64,000 nucleotides of DNA from assembly GCF_964355755.1 (NCBI RefSeq), contig NC_092671.1, positions 8,060,001 to 8,124,000 on the forward strand, read 5' to 3'. Positions 55,056-64,000 of the stretch are shown here, piece by piece; the first letter of the stretch is position 1; each line of letters opens with the position of its first letter. The notes below the pieces were generated by a model, which did no database searches, had not been told where the DNA came from, and saw only the letters and a program-made list of their open reading frames with translations. The position numbers and the translations under genes are program-made. The DNA is from Antedon mediterranea (Eukaryota; Animalia; Echinodermata).

Positions 55056-57071
55056 GTAAGGCTAAGATTAAGAATTAAGAAATTTAAAACAAAATGGATT
55101 CTTGGTAGGCCTACTAACATCCGCTATTCTATTCTGTAGAAAAACTGTAGAAAATCTGTATTTAAGAATCATCCTACAATCAAAATATCAATCCTAAAAT
55201 CAAAATATAAACTTTTTAAAATTGCTTGTATTGTTAACTGATTTAAAATGTTAAAAACCAATTATTTAAAATTATATTAAAAGATTATTTATTTTCAACT
55301 TAAATTAAAATTCTAACTGAGCACAATTGTTTAAATAGACAAAAAATGTGACCTCACTTAAAAGTACAACAAGCATTACGATTCCAGTGCTCTCCACACA
55401 ATTATAACAACATGTCCGTATCATAGGACAATTCTGTAATACAGCAGGGTTTAACATGTGATGGCTGTATCATGAACAGTTATATTAAGGGTTTAAGTTC
55501 TATAATAAGGCTTCACATAATAATATCATGGCATTTGCATATAATGCTAACACATTTAGATACCATGTCGAAAATCGGCTACAAAACAACGCACTTACTA
55601 AATCTAAATTTAGAGGAAACAATTATGTATTGTTTATTTCAAGTTATTTTCTTTTAATGAAAGTAAAAAAATAAGTGTCATGTACATAACGAACGTAATA
55701 CATGAACCAGGATCACTACATTGACAACGTGGTAAAATTGAACTGTATGTGTAAAGCTTAACGTGTCATCATGTAACGAGGAGTGAAATCGAGCAAGACT
55801 TCAAAAGATACCGCATGGTTACCGTACAATTCTCGGACATTTGTTATTCTATTGACAATAAATATTTAATTATTAATATATTAACATAACACTATAACAG
55901 TGATACAATAAATACAAACAAGCATTTGTGTTTTCAAACTTAATCCGCTAATAATGAATAATATATAATTTTTCTAATATATAAATTTAATTCTAGTTAA
56001 AATATCACTCATAAAAACATATACAAATATTGGAGGTCTAAAGCATTTTATGCTCTGTCAATAAATATTTAAATGTTATAGTTAAATGAATCTTGAAATG
56101 CATATTAGCACTAAAAATATTGACGACGATTTTAAAATATCGTATTAACCCAAGAAAATATAATAATTATAATAAACTAATTGATAAATGTATATTAAAA
56201 TCATTATCATCATCTTTGTTATACCATAATGCATTATATATAATATAATATAACAATTTATATACCGCACATATCCACTAAAAGTGCTCAAGGCGCTAAT
56301 CACAACACTGTTTATACTTAATTAATACCATATGCCTCAGCAAAAAGGTATGATTTTAAAATTATTTTAAAAGAATTAATTGTATGGCAATGCCTAATCC
56401 ATTCAGGAATATTATCCTATAATCATAGTTCTTCTTTTTGTAATTGTGATATTATTTGCATCACCACAACAAAAATGTAATACCATCATTGGAATATACA
56501 ACTGTAGTTATTGAAAATATACAAATGTTATTATAATAATGTGTAGGTAATGATGGACAACATAAAGCCTGTAAAAAAAATGTTTCCAACATTGTTGCTG
56601 TTTTACGAAGGTTCATGTTATTATACACTAACATATTACTTCACTATTTAATTTCATAAGAAATATTTGAGGTGATTATTCTTTAAGGTTCTATTAATTA
56701 TTAACTAATTAGTGCTAATTCCTCCATGATAATAATATTAATAATAACGATATTTGTCTATATTCTATTTCATTATTTGGCAATTTATTTGGGATGCATT
56801 GCTTATGCGGTTAACTTCTAAACATCATTGAAAAAAATAAAACTCGAACAAATTCATGATTAAAAAGCATAATTATTTTACTGCATAATGAATGTCTGTT
56901 TTATCCAACACAATAACCAACTTCTTTAACAATCGTATGCGTATGATGTCGTTATAACAAAAGACGTACTTTGTTTAGCAACAAAAGTGCACAATTGGTG
57001 TTAATTAAAACAGTCGTTCCAGATTTGAGATGCGTATTTCTCACTGAATCCCTAATTTTTATTCCCTATAG
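55056..57071 (+). other. Hox4: Hox4 intron (2016 nt, GT-AG, phase 1)
   Basis: GTAAGG...TATAG between hexapeptide and homeodomain. Confidence 0.9.
56235..56300 (-). mobile_element. SINE/LINE2-type 3' tail fragment, copy 2, in the Hox4 intron
   Basis: Minus strand reads AGCGCCTTGAGCACTTTTAGTGGATATGTGCGGTATATAAAT plus an AT tail; same family as 31472-31523. Confidence 0.65.
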
Positions 57072-57394
57072 GTCTGATGGCCGGTTTGGCGGGAATGGAG
57101 GCCAAGCGATCAAGAACATCATATACTCGACAACAAATCCTCGAATTAGAGAAAGAATTTCATTTTAACCGGTACCTTACAAGGAGACGACGCATTGAAA
57201 TCGCGCAAGCGCTCGGACTCTCAGAAAGGCAGATCAAGATTTGGTTCCAAAACAGAAGAATGAAATGGAAAAAGGACAACAATCTACCAAATACTAAAAA
57301 CACTAAATCGGTAAATATTAGTTCACGGACAGCTAATTCGTCTAACGTCCAAGATTCAACAATCGGTACAAAATTAATGGATGATAAAAAATAA
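57072..57394 (+). CDS. Hox4: Hox4 coding exon 2 (homeodomain 57101-57280 plus LPNTK motif)
   Basis: Acceptor CCCTATAG|GT restores the frame. Homeodomain [60 protein letters not shown], followed by the PG4-diagnostic LPNTK. Spliced CDS is 768 nt = 255 aa. Confidence 0.96.
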
Positions 57395-57493
57395 TACATT
57401 TATGGGGGAAACAGAAGAAAATCCAATTTGAATATCTCAGGCATTTTCATTTATCAGGGTAAGGCGTTTGAGACTGAGATAAAGCAATATTAA

Positions 57494-57546
<53 letters not shown>
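57494..57546 (+). repeat. (ATT)n microsatellite, about 17 units, in the Hox4 3' UTR
   Basis: Uninterrupted ATT run about 100 nt after the stop codon. Confidence 0.95.
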
Positions 57547-57548
<2 letters not shown>

Positions 57549-57674
57549 TAAGACTTTCAATATTTTATGTTATGTGTTGACGAGACTTGTTATGTATATA
57601 CTTGTTACAATTTAAGATCACGTGGGTTAATTATGTTGCATGGTTATCATAGATCATTTACTTTGTTTCTTTCA

Positions 57675-57696
57675 TCAACAACAACAACAACAACAA
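57675..57696 (+). repeat. (CAA)n microsatellite
   Basis: Direct run of CAA repeats. Confidence 0.85.
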
Positions 57697-58148
57697 ACAA
57701 TAACAAATTAAAGATTCATTAGAACATGTATTATTAATGTATGATTACTGCATTACATTTATTTTGGGAGAAAGAATCTTTATTAAAGAGTAAAAAAGAA
57801 ATTGAAATGGTGGAAAGTGTTTGCATTGTATTGAGAATTGCGGGATGAGAGAAAAAAAATGTCTCTGCAAGATAATATGAACGGGTAATAACTATTCTGA
57901 ATGGAATAGTAATTATATTAGCTTGTGTATCCAATTAACAGATTTGGTTAAATTTCAATATAGGCCTAATCAATGGAACGACAAGCAATTAAAAACTTAA
58001 AACTTTACACACAAAAATAGCACAGTTCTGTGAAAAAAATGTAATTTTTAAATTGTTCTCAAAAGAAAGTTGCGAATACAATATTTTGTATTTAAATAAT
58101 TGCAATTATTATTTATTATTATGTGAATATCCTGTAACAATAATGTTC

Positions 58149-58154
58149 AATAAA
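58149..58154 (+). terminator. Candidate Hox4 polyadenylation signal
   Basis: First AATAAA I could find after the Hox4 stop, with TGTA just upstream. Earlier ATTAAA variants exist. Confidence 0.4.
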
Positions 58155-61100
58155 CCATTAAAAAAAACATTATTTCCGATCGAAATTTGTTGATTAGGAT
58201 TTAACTTACCAAGATGCATATTTTTTTTAAATTAAAATTCACTAATTAGTATTCTTTGATACCAACAATATATAAAAAAATGTTTGGTTTATTGAAAATA
58301 TTTTTCTGTATGTTCAACCTAATCATTGAAATATAATGTATACGTTTCAGAACCAGAAGAGCTGATTTATCATTGTGGATTTTACAGTCAGTTTTCTTTT
58401 TTCAATCAGCTAACTTCAAACGGAATTATTTGTCTTTCGTTAGGGTTATAAATCAACTATACTGACTTATTCATCACGTTTAGTATGAAAACAATCTATC
58501 AGGTGTAATTTTTTATACATTTTTATTACTTTTATTAGTTTTTAAAGAGATTTCCTAATGTGTGTAATAACAGAAGTAAAGTAGAAAAATATTGGTAAAC
58601 TAAAGGAATATTTTTTTGTGAATAAGGAAATGATACTGTGGTATTAAGTAAAGGTCAAGCGGCAATATATTGGAAATGATTCAAACGAAAATTTGGAAGA
58701 GAGATGCCTCAAACTATCATTATCTGTTTATTTTTTATTCAGATTTTTTTGTCAAACACATAGATAAAGATAAGGAAATACCAACAGGTTCAAAACAGCG
58801 CTTGTTTTGCCAACCCAAAACAGAAAAATAAAATCAAAGTAATCAAGAAAAATAAATTAACCAACTGAAACAATGTTCCACATTGAAACAATTCTTAAAT
58901 AGGTGTTGAATAAGTGTTGAAATAAGTAACAATAAGTATTCATTATTTTACATGTGCAATTTCATGAATCGAAAATATTGATTAATTTTAGGAAAGAAAT
59001 TGTGTTTTATCATAAACTATAGTAAATGTTAATAATCGAACTGTTTCAAAATAAATATGTATTTCTGAGGTATGAACTCAATGTTTCATTTAATTTTGAA
59101 AACATTAACATGGAATGTGTACATTGTTGTTAATATATGATTTAATTGATTTTGTATATAGATTAAATTTCAACTTTTTTTTGTTTTCTTCAATCTTCGA
59201 AGTTATTTTAATTATGCATAAATGTTATCAATGATTTATTAAATAAATTTTGATTAATTGATTTTGGTTTACGTTGTAATGTTTTAGCAAAATTGTGGAG
59301 CAACTCCATTCACTCACTCAATAACAATATTTCTATTATTTTGTAGTAAAATATTTTAAAAGAACAAAACACTATTATGGCATATTTAATATATTTCCAA
59401 AAGAAAAGTTTGAACTTCTTCAAATAAGAAGGAAGAAATATATTAGTGTATTTGTTTTCTTTGAATTTATTCTTCATTTATTCACTTCAAGTATTGTTTC
59501 ATAATTACAGGGGACCATTTGATTATTATTTAATTAAAATGTATGTGAAATCAAAAGAGTGATGCTTTTATGCATGGAAACTCTTGTACTTTTTCTATTA
59601 ACCAAATGTTTATCAGTCATACTTCCCTTTATTCAAACTATGCCTTATGTGTATTGCTAAAGAGCTCTATAATGAGCTACTAATCTTTTGATCACAGTGT
59701 CAGATTACCTAATAGGCTTATTCAAATGTTTATTAATAACTATTAGGTAACACCAATAAAATTAACACAACAAAGCATGCGTTTTGATTTTTAAAACAAT
59801 TAATTCAACTAATTCATATTTCATTACGTGATATAATACTTATAAATAACTATTAAGTTTAATTGTAAACAATTGAACAATTAACACTTGTTATTTGAAT
59901 AACTAACAAATCCAGCTCTTCTTCCTTCGGTAGAAATAAACAATACTATGATGATTGTAGAATGAAATGAATCTCGACTTTATTAATATAAACTATTTCA
60001 AATTCAATATATATTCAAAGTCTGTGTCTCGCGGGAGAAGAGATCATCCTTCACTTATGGTTCCCTGTGTCTCGTAACAGATCTATTTCGTTAAGCCTCA
60101 TTACACTCACAGCCTGCCGCACCATATGCGCGGACATGCGTGTCTGCTAACTTAATATATACGCCAATTCACTGCGTGCTTGCTGCCTGGAGAATCAACA
60201 TTATTGAGTGATTTTTCTTCCTAAAATACCTCCAATTTAGGATTCAATATACAGATACAGATATCATTACACTAAAAATAATAACGAATAAATTTAAAAC
60301 TAAATTCATAAACTCTCAAGATACATCGACAAATAGAAAATTCATAGCATAAACAAAAGCAATCAATGGAATATAACCAGTAATTAAATTGTAAAAAAAA
60401 TAAATAATAATTAAAATAATTGTTTCACATATTTGTATTGGGAATGATCTTTTATTATTGTTTAACCTAAAACATTTTAATTAGGAATTAACACAATCAT
60501 ATGTTTTCCCATATAATAACTAAAAAGTATCCACCCTCCCTAACATCCCACCTAATTCAATATGAATGACGACACACGCGTATTTTACGTGATTTACAAT
60601 TTAATTTACGTTACTTCTATATTACTTATTGCTGTAAATTACCGTAATGGTTCGTTATTTGTTTAAAATAATTTGTAATATTTAATTATGATAAATTGCA
60701 TATTATCATTGTTATTGACTTATTGTGTTGACGCCTACACATCTAAGATGAAAGTGAACGCGCATCATTACCATTGTGTATGACGATTATGTCTAAACGC
60801 TTGGTGTCTTCCAAAGTTCTAACTCGATCAAGGCCAGGCGTGATGACGGTAGAACGTTATCGATAATAATCCAAGGTATTAATAATAAATATTATATCTA
60901 AATCTTTCTCAGTCTTTCGATCAAGCGGAGGTATAACACTGTCTACCTTTGTATATAATACTTGTGTGTGCAGTGTTATTTTCTTGTTATTTATTCAAAA
61001 TCATTGTCATGTCATCAACTTTTCTTTTATACCTAAACAATAAAGACAATACAATTTACCTTATCTAGTTATTTTTATATAATTTATGACATTTTGAATT

Positions 61101-64000
61101 TAAAATTTTAAAATAATGTATATTTTTTAGTTTATCGTGAGAGATAGGCATACGGATTAATATAGTGGTATATGCCTACAAGTAGTAACGGTATTATCTT
61201 TGGTGACGTCATCATACTCATACCGTGCGCATAAGTTGTTATTTTTCAAAAACAAGGACTAATAATTAATCAATGACATTGATTCTAGAACGAACATTCA
61301 GAACACGTATTAATCCGACGTATATTTCGGTGTTGGATGAATATTGAAGAAATATACATTTAAAAAATAAACATATATTGATCATTGATGCAGAACGCGT
61401 CTTACTACGCGTGCGGATTACACAACGCGTCATTATCTAACACTTAATACTCCCATGGAATACCAGGATTAATGAGCGTAACCAAACAGTAAACGCAATG
61501 TGTGCCAAGTCTGCGTCCCAAAAACGTAATTGATCGAGGTTGTAAAGAAAGGAGGCCGATTTTTAAAGAGTTTTCCCAAGTTGAAGAGGAAAGATGCTTG
61601 CCTAGAAAGACCCATATTTTCTCTTAATCATTTATATATTGTAGTAGGAATTGTTGAGAAGTATATATTAGTGTTAAACCAATTTTTAAATATTTGACTG
61701 CTAAAGTAGGTCTTTTGGATGAATCTCAGTTGCGTCTCAAACCACATAAAAAGCAACAATACAAGTGTAATGGTACATGACGTGCGAAATGTTTCCCAAT
61801 TTCCCGCCACTTGACACATTGGCTCTTCGTGTCACCCTGACTAAAACCCCTTGTTCAATCGTTTCTCTCGAAAGTTGTATTACGGAAACACATATTACTT
61901 TTGCTCAGCAAAACATAGAAGTTCACGTGCTGTCATCGACCTTTGATCTTACCGCGGTATGTTCTATAGGTAAGAATCGAAACAAGTTTACCGCTAGGAT
62001 AATATCGGTTGGAAGAAGCATATAACGTGCCATTTAATGTGATTGATTTCATTTTGATTGCGGTATGTTTGTAAGTGGTTATTTTCTATTGGTTACGGTT
62101 CAGTGAGTAAAAATTCAAAACAAAGAAGAGTACGTACCGGGTGGGCTGGTTCAATATGATACTAATTTATGAATTATTAAACATATCTTATGCAAAGTTG
62201 GACGGATATTTTACGTACTTATCTGCGACCTGAATATGACGAAATATGACCGAAAATTTCCGAACGTCTAAAAAGACAATTATTTCGTTTCTGCTGCCAA
62301 TCCCAAATATACCGTATAATATACCGTATATAGACAACAAATTATTTGTTACAACGGCTAATAGATAAAGTGCGTAGCGTTCTTTTCACACACAGCAAAC
62401 AAACGGTAGGAATGGCTGTTCAAATTACTGGTTGCAAAGTTTGTTCGACCCTTCTTATATTATGTATTGCTGCTTAGCTCAATATCATACACTATAAAAT
62501 ATGGAATTTGCAATTAATAAACAATTTTACTTGTTAGAAATTACAAAATAAACAATTGTAATATTTGTCAGTGTACCACTCGTTTATTCAAGAACATCCT
62601 AACTATTTCCATATGAACAGCATGTAAGCGAACTTTCTTTTATACGTATCTGTAGAATAATAATATTCACGTGCGTACACCAAGTTTTCGATAACCAGCT
62701 GCGCTTATGTGAATTGAACAAATATTAATTGGTCGTGTTTCTACGGTCAGACAGCGGAGTTTATGATGATTAAATTGTACGCGAAGTTCATGGGTAACAC
62801 ATGTGTATAATTTTTAATTAAACGTACATCGATTGTATGTCTGACTGGGGTTAATTAGGGACGTTTTGGGTATAGTTCAAATACAGTCTTCGGGTCTTCA
62901 TTAAAAAAACTGAATATATATTTTATAAATAAATTACTGTATTAACTGAATTTTTAAATCGTTACTCTCTGTTTAATTTTATTGATATGTTATCCATTTT
63001 AACTCATTAGTATAGATTGAAATCTTGTTCAATTATAATAGAATTTAATTTTGACCAAATAAATGACTGAATGAATGAATACAAAATTATTATAGTGAAG
63101 AAAATAATTATTTTGAAAACAAGGGAATGTGACAGTCTTTGATAATGTATATTGTTTGAAACAAACTATGAATGGGTTTACTGAAATAGCCATTACATAC
63201 GATTATAATGGATAATAATAGACATGGGTTTTGTGTGACATAACTTTGGCAACTATTTATAAATAATTAATAAGTCATATAACCATATTTTGCCATATTG
63301 GTAATGAGAGAATTATGGAAAATTATGGTATTTTAATCGTGTATTTATTAAAATACCAGCAACCTAAACAAATTCGGAATAAATTGTATAACCGTATTGA
63401 AGACTAGATCAAATAATTAAACCTGTTATCGGTATGTATTTAATTATCTGAAATATTAAATTATCAATTTATCTAATGTGAACAATGATGCAAAATCAAA
63501 TATTAAATTAAATTATTAATTAATCGTTTTAAATACAATCTTCGTTTCGTTAGATTAGCTGTGTAACGTTAACTAATATGATTCAACTATGGAATCATTA
63601 ATGTGTAAAATTAGGTAATGTGTAATGTACAATAGATGGTGGTGGGGGACGACAAAAACGACGACGATGACGACGAAGATGAGAAAAAAATCATAATCAA
63701 GCTACTCATACAGGAAATTGCTTATAAATTGCATATAAAAACTATTTGCAGTAACACCCACATCAAAATTCCGATTCTCATTTTAAGCAAAAAAAATAGT
63801 TTCAAGCAAAATATTTCTTAAAAAAAGTAAATTATTACTTGTCCGTATTTCAAGACTTTTTTACTTACCAAGAATGGCAAAAATTTTACCAAGAACCGCA
63901 GACATAAAAAAAATTCTTTATCTTTTGATTCGTTTTACTAGATACTAGAAACGGAGTTTTTAAACTTTATACTTAGAGTTAAAAGAAATGAAAAAAAAGC

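Noticed and set aside
57160-57399. Antisense ORFs over Hox4 exons (also 54555-54794)
   Set aside because: Shadows of the coding strand with no recognisable protein features.
57395-64000. miR-993-like second miR-10 family hairpin, or Hox3, downstream of Hox4
   Set aside because: No matching mature sequence or homeobox seen within the window.

Overview
AT-rich (about 30% GC by eye) animal genomic DNA from the middle of a Hox cluster. On the + strand, in the ancestral bilaterian order and orientation, are a two-exon Hox5 gene (12026-12473 + 17653-17927, 240 aa), a miR-10 hairpin (about 40197-40272) and a two-exon Hox4 gene (54611-55055 + 57072-57394, 255 aa). The Hox5 C-terminal peptide, the retained Hox4 and the abundant TAGGCCTA octamer suggest an ambulacrarian, most plausibly a crinoid-type echinoderm; this is inference. 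The remaining ORFs in the track look like chance. The most interesting signals are non-coding: (1) the Hox4 and Hox5 proximal promoters share a multi-motif architecture; (2) a splice donor sits inside the miR-10 basal stem, behind a candidate promoter; (3) six identical CTCF-like 9-mers cluster around miR-10; (4) a perfect 49-bp inverted repeat lies upstream of Hox4; (5) miR-10-complementary sites occur in the Hox4 UTRs. I do not see a demonstrably new biological system. These are testable hypotheses based on reading the sequence by eye.
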